64,000 nucleotides of DNA from Bacteroidota bacterium (GCA_023389855.1 JAEWDZ010000004.1:6894-70893); one strand, 5' to 3'; positions 17,842 through 28,397 are shown, counted from the first letter of the stretch. Translations and numbers: made by a program. The notes: generated by a model not told the origin, from the sequence alone.

Positions 17842-17969
17842 ATGCTAGCAATGGTTGTAATTAGAAGCAACTGAAGAAGAATGAACGTATTATTTTGCAC
17901 TATAAGTAAGCGAAAGATGTATTACAAAATCAACCCTTGATATATGCTATGGTAGTGCTATATTTAACT

Positions 17970-18293
17970 CTATTCTTCAGGAATGTATATGATTTCACCG
18001 TTCTCCAATTGATAGGCAATCCCGATCTTTTTTCCCTTAGTTTTTTCATTACTTGCTGCTTCATCACTCGGAGTATATTTCTCGATTTTTTCTCCTTTTT
18101 TTATGAGAATTTCCATGTTCTCTTTTCCAGGATTCTTAACGATAGTATAATCTTCCCGACTGAAGATCTCCGTCATGTTGAATTTCGTTACTAAGGCAAC
18201 CATGAGTGCAACGGCAAATACCATAGCCACATCAAATAAGTTTGATGTGAGACTAGAGGGGTCGATTTTTTCTTTTTTATATTTTCTTCTCAT
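17970..18293 (-). CDS. hmuV: HmuV, DUF2149 protein
   Basis: DPSSLTSNLFDVAMVFAVALMVA, IVKNPGKENME, GIAYQLENGEIIYIPE; last gene of the hmu cluster. Confidence 0.88.
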   Translation of the reverse strand: MRRKYKKEKIDPSSLTSNLFDVAMVFAVALMVALVTKFNMTEIFSREDYTIVKNPGKENMEILIKKGEKIEKYTPSDEAASNEKTKGKKIGIAYQLENGEIIYIPEE

Positions 18294-18880
18294 CTCTCTG
18301 AACTTATCCTTTCGTTGAAGTAATCAAGCCATAGTAGTAGTTGATGATTGTAGCGAGAAGTAATCTGTATGGCAATGTATCCTATTGCAGAAGCAAAAAG
18401 CCCCAAGACTGTGGTGGCAAAGGCTACCTGCATATTATAACTCATACCAGCAATATCTCCTCCTGCTAATCCCGACAAGGCCGGTCCCATTGGAATTAAT
18501 GTACCCATCAGACCAACGATAGGACCAAATTTGGCTAAAATTTCAGCAGAAGAAAGACGTTTGTCTGCTAAAAGTTCAAACTCTCCAATGAGCAGTACAC
18601 GGGTTTCTTGCGTACTATCAAAAAGACGTGTTGCTGTAATAAAAAAACTGTTTTTTTGAGGAGTTTTCTTTAGTTCCTCATGCAGTTGTTGAACGTTCTT
18701 TTTATCAGCCCCTCTCATTATGAGACTCATAGTCGATCGAATGCTTTTATGTCTCTGCCAAGATGAAAAAAGCATTCCGAGCAAAAGGATTGCACGAACG
18801 AATAGATAAAGTAAAGCGGCAATCACAGGAACCAATAGTCCATTGGAAAGCCAAAACATAGCATCAGATAGGTAGTTCAT
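18290..18880 (-). CDS. hmuU: HmuU, MotA/TolQ/ExbB proton channel family
   Basis: GPIVGLMGTLIPMGPAL...MQVAFATTVLG. Confidence 0.88.
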   Translation of the reverse strand: MNYLSDAMFWLSNGLLVPVIAALLYLFVRAILLLGMLFSSWQRHKSIRSTMSLIMRGADKKNVQQLHEELKKTPQKNSFFITATRLFDSTQETRVLLIGEFELLADKRLSSAEILAKFGPIVGLMGTLIPMGPALSGLAGGDIAGMSYNMQVAFATTVLGLFASAIGYIAIQITSRYNHQLLLWLDYFNERISSER

Positions 18881-19650
18881 AATTTCTTAAAACGGGATAT
18901 AATATAACCAATAGTCCCACCAATTACAACAGTAATGGCTAGGACAAGTAGTTCAAAAATATTTAATACGGATGATGATGAGTGATGTACTTGAGACGTG
19001 GGATGTAAAACACCAGCTATAATCACTATAATGAATAGTGTAAAAGAGCAAAAAATACTACTTCTACATAGTGTGTCGTAGTTGTTATATTCGCCCATAA
19101 GAAAGCGAAGTATATAAGGGGCTAAAATTACTAATAAGAGAATGCCGATTACAAGCAGCAGCGTAACAAGAGTAAAGCTACTACCAGCAAATAGATAGAA
19201 GAGAAGTAATCTAAGATAGAAAAGTCCTGGAATAAAGAGCAGTGAAGGTAAATAGAGAGAAGTAATCCTCAGAGCAATCTTCATGCGGTCTACCAATGAC
19301 GAAGGCGTAGGGGGAAGAGCTGATTCATCACTCGTAGCCAAAGGGATTTTCTCCACAAAAAGACTTCTAAGTCTGGATGTAAAACTTCCTTTTTTACTAG
19401 TTGTGATATACAGGGTGATGAGCAAATCTAGCATAACTACCAATGCAATATTCTGCAAAGTGGTAACATCATTGATAAAGGTTTCTACTTGTTGAAGGCT
19501 TAGAAACTGTGCTCTATAATGGGCAGTTATAATCGCTACGACGTAAAAAAATCCATGGACTACTCGTACAGATAGTCTATGTTGCCGAGCTTCGTCGAGC
19601 ACGAACTTAATAAAGGATAGTAGCAAAAGTGTTGCAAGTAAGTCCCGCAT
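18877..19650 (-). CDS. hmuT: HmuT, polytopic membrane protein
   Basis: Multiple TM helices; position between the CobN-like gene and the MotA-like gene. ATG 19650 (alternative TTG 19662). Confidence 0.75.
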   Translation of the reverse strand: MRDLLATLLLLSFIKFVLDEARQHRLSVRVVHGFFYVVAIITAHYRAQFLSLQQVETFINDVTTLQNIALVVMLDLLITLYITTSKKGSFTSRLRSLFVEKIPLATSDESALPPTPSSLVDRMKIALRITSLYLPSLLFIPGLFYLRLLLFYLFAGSSFTLVTLLLVIGILLLVILAPYILRFLMGEYNNYDTLCRSSIFCSFTLFIIVIIAGVLHPTSQVHHSSSSVLNIFELLVLAITVVIGGTIGYIISRFKKL

Positions 19651-19666
19651 ATTATAAATCAATGGT

Positions 19667-19698
19667 AGGAGTAAGCGTGATTTCTCACACTTACTCCT
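19667..19698 (-). other. Intercistronic hairpin between hmuS and hmuT
   Basis: Minus strand AGGAGTAAGTGTGA-GAAA-TCACGCTTACTCCT, 14-bp stem with one G-U. Confidence 0.75.
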
Positions 19699-19710
19699 TA
19701 TACATATATT

Positions 19711-22700
19711 TTATTTTTTTTTGCGTCGTCGAGCAACCATTACAATAATCAAGCATAAGGCTAATGCCCCCACAACGATGTAGGTAAATCGATAATTGAG
19801 CCTCTGATTCTCTACTAAAGATGATTTCTTATTCTCTTCACCTTCTTTCTTTAGTCGTTGTCCTTTCTGAATCTCAGAAGAGGTCATTGTTATACTGCGT
19901 ATATTCTTGATTTCTTGTTTGTAGCCTTCTCTTTTATCGTTAGGTAGCTGGTCGCTGATAAAATCACGGAGCTTAGCATTGTCGCATACGAATCCGCTAC
20001 ATCCTGCTCCATGCTTGGCAATCGACTCTTCGTGCATAGATGCTATATTTTTGATCTGTTCGGAAGATGCTTTCCACATGCCTTTACGGATTGTTTCTAG
20101 CATAACGGCGGTCAATTCTTGTAGAGCGGCAGGATTTTCACGATCAAAGAATTCATGTACTCCCAACCTGTGTTTGTCTACAACATAGGTTTCATAGATT
20201 TCATCCCATAACTCTTTGTCTATGGCACTAGGTTTCATCACATTCCACCCATAGGTGTTACGAATCGTTTCAGATAAATCGCTAGCTGCAGTTGCACCTC
20301 CCTTAACGACTTCTTTTACATAGGTGGGATTCAGGATCGTTGTACGAGCTTCTGCTCCTATACTTTGCTTAATCTCTGTGACTCTTGTTCGATTGTGATT
20401 GCGCAAATCGTTGAAATAGCCTTCTGGGTCTTTGCCCGTAACTTTTTGAACGGATAGTGTCAGTCCACCCATAAATTCATATACGTGATCTAGACTTAGA
20501 GGCCCCCAAGTATTGCTTTGTCTTGGCTGAACAACGACATCTGTTCTTTGAAGAGCTGCTTCAAATAGACCAGCTGTAAAAGAACTCCATTTTTCTTTAT
20601 CAGCGTATACTGCTCCCATGTTGTTCATGTATACATCTGCAATTTCTTCTCTTTTTTCCCACTTATCTCCAGCCTCTACCATTTCTTGTATGCCTGTTCC
20701 ATAAGCTCCATTGAGACCTCCAAATACGCGTTGAGAAGAGAGTGCACGGGCATCGTGTGGGCTTAGACCCTTATCAAGAAGCATTTTTTCTGCTGCATCA
20801 ACTCCTTTTTTCACCTCATTATCGTTTTCATCCTTTGCACTAGCTGCAAGATCTATAGCTTTTTGAATCAGATAAAGACGGCTCGCTGCAAGATCTCGGA
20901 ACTGTCCAGATGTCTGAACTACTACATCGATCCTTTTCCTTCCTAAATCTTTACGAGGAATGAGGCGTACATCTTGTATGCGACCCATAGGATCTCTCAC
21001 AGGTTCACACCCTACTAAATATAATATTTCGGCGATAGTAGCACCTTCGCTTTCAATAAAGGAGCTACTCCAAAGCGTGAAACTGACTTTCTTGGGTAAT
21101 TCATTATGCCGATGAGTATAATCTGCAAGCATGTCTTTGGCCATTTGCATACCCTTTTTCCAGGCAGCATCACTGGGCGTTGCCTCGGCATTGATAGCAT
21201 AGAGGTTTCTTCCAGTAGGCAAGGATTGAGGATTGCCGATATAATCCCCTCCAGGGGATGGGGCAATGTATCCTCCATTAAGAGCATTTGTCCATGATGC
21301 CATCTCGAGCTGAGGACTTTTGCGTAAGTACTCAAGATAATTACTTACATTTTCTATGGATTTTTTCAATGTTTCTATTGTAGCAGCAAAATGTTGTTCT
21401 TTGGGATCAAACAAAGATTTCTGTCGAGCCAAGACAGCTTCTATTGCTTCCTTAGGCATACCCGCTTTGGCTGCTTTTTCGGGATCGAATTTTTCGTTTT
21501 TTGACATTCCTATTTTGTGAGGGTGCTCTTTCTTATTATCATTGGAAGGTTTGGTATTCCTACTGTCATTCCCACTCTTCTCATTCCTCATCGCGCCACT
21601 CATATTTCCCATCATCATAGGCCTAGTCGCACTTCCTTGTTTTTGACTAAAAGCCTTGGCTCTTTCAATATCTTCCTGACTAACGCCCAAACTCGTCATA
21701 ACCACATCCACATTGGGAGTTCCACCTCTGATTATATTCTCTACGATGTTACGAGCTTTACTCCTATAGTTTTTTGTGAAGAATCGTTCATCTTTCACAG
21801 AAGATTCGGTGATTTTCCCTTTCTGAATATCCAGTGAAGACAAGGCATAAGCAATAGGATCTATGGACATAAGTCGTACTGAACTAAGGATTTTTTCTTC
21901 GCTAAAGGGAATGCCGGTAGTATACAACCCTCCAGGTATTTTACTGATAGCTATCTCTTCAACAAAATCGCTGAGCTGCTGTATTTCATCTCTGGTAAGA
22001 GGTACAGAAAGGGTAGAGTCTAATCGAAGATCTCGGTGAAATCCATTTTCTACAGCTACTTTTTTTATTTTCAGAGACAGTTCTTTGTTTTCTTTTTCCT
22101 CAGATAGATATTGGTCCATAAGGCGCTGAATTGGGGATACCCCTTCTCTGAGGTTTGTTTCAATAAATGGTTGGTTGAGGTAGGTAACAGTAGTTGCATA
22201 GCTTCGACGCTTAGCCATCATGCTTTCACCAACATTGGCTATCGTATAGTAATAAACATGAGGTAATGTTCCGACTAAGCGGTCGGTCCAGTCATCAGAA
22301 GATAGGGCAATTTGTTTACTTGGAATAAATTCTAGACTACCGTGTGTCCCGAAGTGAGTGAGTACATCAGCTTTGAATTCTTTCTGTACCCATAAATAAG
22401 CTCCAATATAAGGATAGGGAGGAATGGGGTTACTGCCATGAATCGCTTTGAAATCGTTGATGCCTGTAGTTTGGGCGGGTTGGGGGAGCAGGACTACGTT
22501 GCCAAATTGCACCCGGGTAACCATCAGGTTTTCTTTTCCATCTTTTTCGATTGTGAAGAAATCACCAGGAGCCTTTCCATATTTCTCTTTGAGTAGATTT
22601 TGTTGTTTTTCTGTAAAAGAACTGGAAATCCAATTGTTTAGGCTATCAGCACTTATCAACGCAGGATATCCTTTCTTAGCAAAGTTGTCAATAGCTCCTT

Positions 22701-23982
22701 CAGCATATGAATTGAAGATAGCTCCTTGCTCATTAATTATATGTGCAAATTCTTTTTCACTATCGGGAAGACCAGTCAGATTGTAGCCATTTTCCTTCAT
22801 ACTTTTTAGAAGGTTATATAACGACGGCATTACTTCTATACCTTGGGCGACAAGACTATTTTGACCAGGTCCCTTAAAATAGAAGATTGCAACTCTTTTT
22901 TCGGCATTTGTCTTTTTTTGCAATGCAATATAGTTTGCCACGATATCGGAAAAATAATCCAATCTGTCTGGCATCGCTTGGAAAAGTTCGAGGTCTGAAC
23001 GCTCATCTTTTTCGAGAGAAAACAGTGCATAGGGTAGTATCACTCCATCGAATTCAGGCGATGCAACGCTCTGAGAAAGCATACCGCCAAATAATCCTTG
23101 TGGGTCTTTTTCCCAATTCTCACGACTGCTCAAAATAGGAAGAGCCGATAAAAACGGAATGTTATGCTCCTTGAGCCATTGCTGACTCTCCATAGCACTT
23201 CCAGTTGTTATGCGACCATGAGGGATAACTACAACTAGGTCGGGGGCTATAGCTTCTAGTATTTTAAAGCGATCTTTACCCGACGAAAACGGATAGATAT
23301 TCATTCCTTTCTTTTCGAACACCTCCACCATTGTGTCAATGTGTTCGCGGTTGGATATAACGGGATCGGCAAAAGATATAAAGACAGCTACTTTGGGTGC
23401 TCCTTCTTTGAAACCGTGTGAACGATAATAGGTTTGATATTCTTCGTAGGAATTAAAAATATCGTTATCTGTTTTTCCGTAGAATAGGTTTTCACCATAC
23501 TTATACGGTTCTTCAATTTTACCTTCTCTAAGTTTTTTACCGATCAATTCCTTTCGGACGTAGTTAAAAAGAGACTTATAATTTCTAGCTCCTCCAGACA
23601 GAACATAATCTCTTAATAAAGCCTGTTCCTCTTCGGAAAGATTACTTAGTTGATCCTGAGGATTGGTTGTTAATACTACGCAATAGGGAATCTTTTTGTC
23701 GTCAAGGGCGATGATTTTCTTACGACCTTCGTCTCCCCATTTTTCCCCCCCCATACCCCAAAGAAGTACGGCATCATAGTTTTTGAGTTTACTCATATTG
23801 GTTTCGAGAAAAGCATGGGCGTTTTTCTTGTCTATGCTTTTAATCATTCTTCCTACCATAAAGGATGGAAAGTTTACTAATGCCACCTTCGAGGGACGCG
23901 GACGAAAAATGGCGTATGATCCGATGGCAATAGCAATAGCTGTTATTGCTACTCCTAGGATTATTAGATTCTTTGTCTTCAT
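19711..23982 (-). CDS. hmuS: HmuS, CobN/BchH chelatase-family protein
   Basis: HFGTHGSLEFIP, LPTGRNLY, RKRIDVVVQTSGQFRD, LDHVYEFMGGL; N- and C-terminal TM anchors; follows hmuY-hmuR. Confidence 0.92.
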   Translation of the reverse strand: MKTKNLIILGVAITAIAIAIGSYAIFRPRPSKVALVNFPSFMVGRMIKSIDKKNAHAFLETNMSKLKNYDAVLLWGMGGEKWGDEGRKKIIALDDKKIPYCVVLTTNPQDQLSNLSEEEQALLRDYVLSGGARNYKSLFNYVRKELIGKKLREGKIEEPYKYGENLFYGKTDNDIFNSYEEYQTYYRSHGFKEGAPKVAVFISFADPVISNREHIDTMVEVFEKKGMNIYPFSSGKDRFKILEAIAPDLVVVIPHGRITTGSAMESQQWLKEHNIPFLSALPILSSRENWEKDPQGLFGGMLSQSVASPEFDGVILPYALFSLEKDERSDLELFQAMPDRLDYFSDIVANYIALQKKTNAEKRVAIFYFKGPGQNSLVAQGIEVMPSLYNLLKSMKENGYNLTGLPDSEKEFAHIINEQGAIFNSYAEGAIDNFAKKGYPALISADSLNNWISSSFTEKQQNLLKEKYGKAPGDFFTIEKDGKENLMVTRVQFGNVVLLPQPAQTTGINDFKAIHGSNPIPPYPYIGAYLWVQKEFKADVLTHFGTHGSLEFIPSKQIALSSDDWTDRLVGTLPHVYYYTIANVGESMMAKRRSYATTVTYLNQPFIETNLREGVSPIQRLMDQYLSEEKENKELSLKIKKVAVENGFHRDLRLDSTLSVPLTRDEIQQLSDFVEEIAISKIPGGLYTTGIPFSEEKILSSVRLMSIDPIAYALSSLDIQKGKITESSVKDERFFTKNYRSKARNIVENIIRGGTPNVDVVMTSLGVSQEDIERAKAFSQKQGSATRPMMMGNMSGAMRNEKSGNDSRNTKPSNDNKKEHPHKIGMSKNEKFDPEKAAKAGMPKEAIEAVLARQKSLFDPKEQHFAATIETLKKSIENVSNYLEYLRKSPQLEMASWTNALNGGYIAPSPGGDYIGNPQSLPTGRNLYAINAEATPSDAAWKKGMQMAKDMLADYTHRHNELPKKVSFTLWSSSFIESEGATIAEILYLVGCEPVRDPMGRIQDVRLIPRKDLGRKRIDVVVQTSGQFRDLAASRLYLIQKAIDLAASAKDENDNEVKKGVDAAEKMLLDKGLSPHDARALSSQRVFGGLNGAYGTGIQEMVEAGDKWEKREEIADVYMNNMGAVYADKEKWSSFTAGLFEAALQRTDVVVQPRQSNTWGPLSLDHVYEFMGGLTLSVQKVTGKDPEGYFNDLRNHNRTRVTEIKQSIGAEARTTILNPTYVKEVVKGGATAASDLSETIRNTYGWNVMKPSAIDKELWDEIYETYVVDKHRLGVHEFFDRENPAALQELTAVMLETIRKGMWKASSEQIKNIASMHEESIAKHGAGCSGFVCDNAKLRDFISDQLPNDKREGYKQEIKNIRSITMTSSEIQKGQRLKKEGEENKKSSLVENQRLNYRFTYIVVGALALCLIIVMVARRRKKK

Positions 23983-24024
23983 TTTATTATATAGTGAATA
24001 ATACGTGTCAATTCATCTCTTCAA

Positions 24025-26031
24025 TTAAAATGCTATGCGGATAGTTCCAAAATATGATCTGCCTGGAGATAGCGGCGCGTTAAATACAGCATTATTGGGT
24101 AAATAGTTAAACAAATTGTCTACGCCTAGCAATAATTCGTAATGATCGAAAAAGTTTTGTTCACAGCTTAGTTTTGCTAATGTAGCCGACTGGTATTTTA
24201 AGTCTTTTACTTCGTAATTCTCCAATGTATCATCTTTTTTTACTAATTGTTTGTTACTGAAGGATGATAAATAGCGAATAGAGAAGTTTGCAGTTAATCG
24301 GTAGTGTTTTGAAAAATGGTGGTGCCACTTCAATGAGCCCACCAAACTGTGAGGCCGCGTATATGTGGTATAGACGTTATGTCCATTTTTATCTACGTAG
24401 GCAGAGCCGTCTTGCATTGTAATGAGATAGTGATTGTAGCTATATGCATACGATGCTCTTAGGTCAAAACCGAAAGGCAAACGAATTTTTGTATTGAAAT
24501 CAATCCCCCAAATATTCCCACGGTCATTTTTTGGAGAATTTACATAGTAGTAGGATAGATTACCGTTGGCCCCTTCCTTTGATTGGAGTGCTATTTGATT
24601 AAACACTTTATTATAGTATCCACTGATTACCATGTTTAGCCATTCGTTGTTGTATTCTCCGCTCAGAAGGAACATATTGCTTCTCTCTGGTTTGAGATTT
24701 TCATTACCATAGATATAAAACATACCCATGTGGTCAAAGAAAAAGAAAAGTTCCTGCATCGAAGGCGTACGGTATCCTTGTGAAAAATTAGCGCGGAAAG
24801 AATAATGGTTGTTTGGAGTATATCGAGCAGATAAGCGGTTAGTATAATGTACACCGTAACGTTCTCGCATATCAAGACGACCACCATAACATAAAACGAG
24901 TTCTTCCAGTGGAGTGTATTGATATTGTCCGTAAATAACCCCGGTATTCAGACTCTTAGCTCCGGGAACTTCAGGTGAGGAGAGGCGAGGAGAGGTGACG
25001 CGGTCAAAATTGTACTCTCCTCCAAGATTGAGTTGGTGTTGGGCTGATATATCAAAATTGTATTGTGCGCGAATATAATGCATCAACTCATTGAAAACGA
25101 CTTTTCGTGGAGTTATTTTACTTTTTTTTAGTACCGAGTCTTGCTTGTATATATTGAATGAGTATGACAAGTCAATATTTTGTCGCTCAGAAAATCGCCA
25201 TATGCCTCCTAATTTTAAGTCAAAAGAATTGTACTCATAATCCAAAAGATCTCCTCTTTTTTGCCTGCGATTGTTGTATAAGAGATCCAGTTTTAGTTTT
25301 AGATCATGATTAGGTGTATAGATCAGTTTCTCATTCAGATTCAATACATGCCCCCCATATACTTTCCTTTGGGTCATCTTTTCATCAGCGATGGTGTAGG
25401 GTTGATCTTTAGAGTAACCAGCATCGGTAATACTTCTTAATTTAGATATATTGAAAGCGATATTAGCATTATAACGTTGATTCTTTTTGCTGTCGAAGAA
25501 CCCCAAAAAAGAGCCTGATATTTGCTTGTTACTATGCTTCGTAATGATATTTACTACAGCTGCTAATGCGTTAGATCCATATAAAGCACTTCCAGCCCCT
25601 CTGATGATTTCTATTTTTTCAATGTTATCAGGATTGATACGGCTAAAGTCTATTTCTCTACCGGTACCCGTAGTGATGGGATCTCCATCAATTAGAAATA
25701 AAAAACTATTACTATCAAATCCTCGGTAAGACAAAATATCTTGACCTCCGTGTTTCGTAAATTCCACACCGGGAAGGGTATATTCTAATAAATCAATAAA
25801 ACTTTTTGGAGAGATTAGTTTGATTTGTTGAGGACTGATAACCTGTATACATACAGGCTGATCTTTTAAAAGTTTTGGGGTTCGTGTGGCAGTGAATACA
25901 ACTTCCTCTAACGCTTCTTCTTGTTCACAATGAACAGAATCCTTTTTGAAACTATTGTGGCTTTCTTGTGCAAAGGAAAAGCCCGTCGCAACTAGAAATA
26001 AAGGAACTAAAGGGAGTAATTTACCCAGCAT
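24025..26031 (-). CDS. hmuR: HmuR TonB-dependent heme receptor
   Basis: Plug (IEKIEIIRGAGSALYGSNALAAVVNIITK); YRTP / FDHMG / NENLKPE heme-receptor motifs; C-terminal Phe. Confidence 0.88.
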   Translation of the reverse strand: MLGKLLPLVPLFLVATGFSFAQESHNSFKKDSVHCEQEEALEEVVFTATRTPKLLKDQPVCIQVISPQQIKLISPKSFIDLLEYTLPGVEFTKHGGQDILSYRGFDSNSFLFLIDGDPITTGTGREIDFSRINPDNIEKIEIIRGAGSALYGSNALAAVVNIITKHSNKQISGSFLGFFDSKKNQRYNANIAFNISKLRSITDAGYSKDQPYTIADEKMTQRKVYGGHVLNLNEKLIYTPNHDLKLKLDLLYNNRRQKRGDLLDYEYNSFDLKLGGIWRFSERQNIDLSYSFNIYKQDSVLKKSKITPRKVVFNELMHYIRAQYNFDISAQHQLNLGGEYNFDRVTSPRLSSPEVPGAKSLNTGVIYGQYQYTPLEELVLCYGGRLDMRERYGVHYTNRLSARYTPNNHYSFRANFSQGYRTPSMQELFFFFDHMGMFYIYGNENLKPERSNMFLLSGEYNNEWLNMVISGYYNKVFNQIALQSKEGANGNLSYYYVNSPKNDRGNIWGIDFNTKIRLPFGFDLRASYAYSYNHYLITMQDGSAYVDKNGHNVYTTYTRPHSLVGSLKWHHHFSKHYRLTANFSIRYLSSFSNKQLVKKDDTLENYEVKDLKYQSATLAKLSCEQNFFDHYELLLGVDNLFNYLPNNAVFNAPLSPGRSYFGTIRIAF

Positions 26032-26137
26032 AAAAATAAGTGAATAATAGAATTGAAAGAATTATAGTAGAATCTATATATAAAGAAAATAACCAATCAT
26101 AAAGATTAGTCAAAGTATAGTGATACGAAATAAATAT

Positions 26138-26176
26138 AAGTATATGAGACATAAAAGCGATATGTCCCATATACCT
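26138..26176 (-). terminator. Partial terminator / stabilising hairpin after hmuY
   Basis: Minus strand AGGTATATGGGACATA-N7-TATGTCTCATATACTT followed by ATATTTATTT. Confidence 0.7.
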
Positions 26177-26185
26177 ACTATCATA

Positions 26186-26830
26186 TTAGTCTACAAAAAG
26201 ATATTGAAATGATATGTGTCCTGATTTGAGTTCAGCGCTTTTGAAAGAGGTAAACTTGATGGCTACAGTTTTACCATTAGCTGTTTTTACGAAGAAAATA
26301 TGAGGATTAATATCGTACTTAGGTCCTCTATCTCCATGAGTAGTGTCGATCCACCCAAGACCTTTTCCATCTTTGCTCCCACCTGTAAGAGCTGGGTTTA
26401 TTCCAGAATCTGAATATTCCATTGAGTGCTCACCATTGTTGACCTCGAATTTAGAAAGCACTTTTCCCATTACGTCAACGACAAAATTTGGTTGTACGCT
26501 CTTAAGATCTTTGAGTTCGGTGAGTTCACTTTCGAAACCACCTCCTTGACCTTTACCACTGACACCGCAATTGATCTTTATGTCTTGTCTATGGAACGCA
26601 ATATCCCAAGAAAGATCTTGACTCATGTCTTCTGCTATCACAGCTTTTTTTACGAGAGCCTTTTTCTCGAAATTAAAGTACACCCAAGAGTCATAAGATG
26701 CAGCATCTAAAAATTCGACTGTTTGGATTTCATGTTTTTTTTCTTCTATGCCTTTTTTTTTGTCACAAGATGTGGCTAAAAGAGCTAATGAAAGCAACAT
26801 AACTGTTGAGAGAAAGAAGTTTTTTTTCAT
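26186..26830 (-). CDS. hmuY: HmuY heme-binding lipoprotein (hemophore-like)
   Basis: Lipobox ATSC; SYDSWVYFNF, WDIAFHRQDIKINCGVSGKGQGG; GEHSMEY and THGDRGPKY His motifs. Confidence 0.93.
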   Translation of the reverse strand: MKKNFFLSTVMLLSLALLATSCDKKKGIEEKKHEIQTVEFLDAASYDSWVYFNFEKKALVKKAVIAEDMSQDLSWDIAFHRQDIKINCGVSGKGQGGGFESELTELKDLKSVQPNFVVDVMGKVLSKFEVNNGEHSMEYSDSGINPALTGGSKDGKGLGWIDTTHGDRGPKYDINPHIFFVKTANGKTVAIKFTSFKSAELKSGHISFQYLFVD

Positions 26831-26932
26831 AATGCTATTAATTATAATTTAAGTTTTCTATTATTTGACGTATTGATTTATTGAGAGTATTTGAGTCTTT
26901 CCGATAAAAAATAGTGCTAGTACATGTTTCTG

Positions 26933-26979
26933 CAAAGTTACTTTCGGTTAAAGAAATGTGCAATACCTAAAAATAGGTA
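26933..26979 (-). promoter_or_regulatory. hmuY promoter with perfect palindromic operator
   Basis: Plus strand TACCTA-AAAA-TAGGTA (26964-26979); on the minus strand it is followed by TTGCACA-N16-TAACTTTG. Confidence 0.75.
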
Positions 26980-27011
26980 ATCAATGGAAGGATACATGAA
27001 CCCTAGAGCTA

Positions 27012-27920
27012 CTATTCCGTTTTTGTTCTAGGTGTATATATTTCCAAGGAACGGGCAGATATGGAGATCTCTATTTGTTTTCCCATTTTTAAACTCTCTC
27101 CATCCAATTGTACAACTCCTGGTTGATCTCGTTCTATTACAATATGATCGCTTCGTAGCGACTCTATTTTTCGATTCTTATCAATGTTGTTAGTGAAAAG
27201 TTGCAATGCCATTTGAGGCACTTCAATACCAGTGGTATTTCCAGCTATGATTAAATCGATTTTTCCATCGGAGGGGCTAGCATGAGGAGCTATAAATGCA
27301 TTATTGCCATATTGGTCTATATTTGCACATGTTACTAGCATAGCCTCGCGTTCAATTGTTTTTCCTTCGGATGTGATCCTGTAGTGCTTAGGCCTAAAGG
27401 AAAAATATTCCTCTATAGCGGAAATGATATAGGATGAAATACCTCTTGTCGAGGCCTGTGCATATCGCTGTGTTACCGCAGCATCAAAGCCTACTCCAAA
27501 AGTACAAAAGAAAGGTATACCATTAGCAAAAGCGGTATCGATTGCAGTAGTACCTCCCTGTTTAATGATTTCTATTGCCTCTTCTTCCTTATCAAGAGGG
27601 AGCCCTAAGGTCCTAGCTAACCCATTGCCACTTCCTTTAGGGACAATACCAAGTGGTATTCTACTATTGTATAGAGCTCCAGCAATTTCGTTAATGGTTC
27701 CATCTCCTCCAACTGCTATTATCGCATCGACATTATTCTTTATTGCTTGTTGCACCAAGAGTGAGGCGTCTCCTTTTCCTTTCGTGAAAGAGAAAAATAT
27801 ACGTTCGTTTTTTCCTGAAAAAGCTTCGGCCAACATAGTGGGAATACGATATTTTTTTCGTATCCCGCTAATCGGATTGATGATGGCAAAATATTTTTTT
27901 TCTTTGGTACTAAGAGTCAT
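27012..27920 (-). CDS. Diacylglycerol/lipid kinase family (YegS/DgkB-like)
   Basis: IINPISG, AVGGDGTINE, PKGSGNGLAR, GVGFDA, QLDGE. Confidence 0.9.
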   Translation of the reverse strand: MTLSTKEKKYFAIINPISGIRKKYRIPTMLAEAFSGKNERIFFSFTKGKGDASLLVQQAIKNNVDAIIAVGGDGTINEIAGALYNSRIPLGIVPKGSGNGLARTLGLPLDKEEEAIEIIKQGGTTAIDTAFANGIPFFCTFGVGFDAAVTQRYAQASTRGISSYIISAIEEYFSFRPKHYRITSEGKTIEREAMLVTCANIDQYGNNAFIAPHASPSDGKIDLIIAGNTTGIEVPQMALQLFTNNIDKNRKIESLRSDHIVIERDQPGVVQLDGESLKMGKQIEISISARSLEIYTPRTKTE

Positions 27921-27935
27921 GACACCATCATCATA

Positions 27936-28397
27936 TTAATGTTGTTGCAGCAGTCTTTCACGAGCCATTTTTTCGTAAGGAGTCCCTTCTTTACCGAAGT
28001 TAGTATAGGGTTTAATGCTAATCCCTCCACGCGGTGTAAAATCCCCCCACACCTCAATATATTTAGGGTCCATTAGTTTTATAAGGTCTTTCATAATTAT
28101 ATTAACGCAGTCTTCGTGAAAGGCTCCATGGCTACGGAAACTAAAAAGATAAAGTTTCAAACTTTTGCTTTCTACCATTCTGTCGTCTGGAATATAATTA
28201 ATATACAAAGTTGCAAAATCCGGTTGACCTGTAATTGGACACAAGGCTGTAAACTCTGGGCATACGAAGCGTACTAAATAGTCAGTATCTCTATGTTTGT
28301 TATGAAAAATCTCCAATACTTCAGGAGCATAATCTTGCTTGTATTCGGTTTTCTTTCCTAATAACTGTAGATTCTCGTTTTCTCTGCTAGTTGACAT
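27936..28397 (-). CDS. queF: NADPH-dependent preQ0 reductase (type I QueF)
   Basis: [37 protein letters not shown]. Confidence 0.96.
   Translation of the reverse strand: MSTSRENENLQLLGKKTEYKQDYAPEVLEIFHNKHRDTDYLVRFVCPEFTALCPITGQPDFATLYINYIPDDRMVESKSLKLYLFSFRSHGAFHEDCVNIIMKDLIKLMDPKYIEVWGDFTPRGGISIKPYTNFGKEGTPYEKMARERLLQQH

Noticed and set aside
17970..26830. CobN-like gene cluster as a cobalamin biosynthesis or B12 uptake locus
   Set aside because: The leading HmuY-type lipoprotein, heme-receptor motifs and the Y-R-S-T-U-V order fit the known hmu operon; no cobalamin riboswitch was seen upstream.
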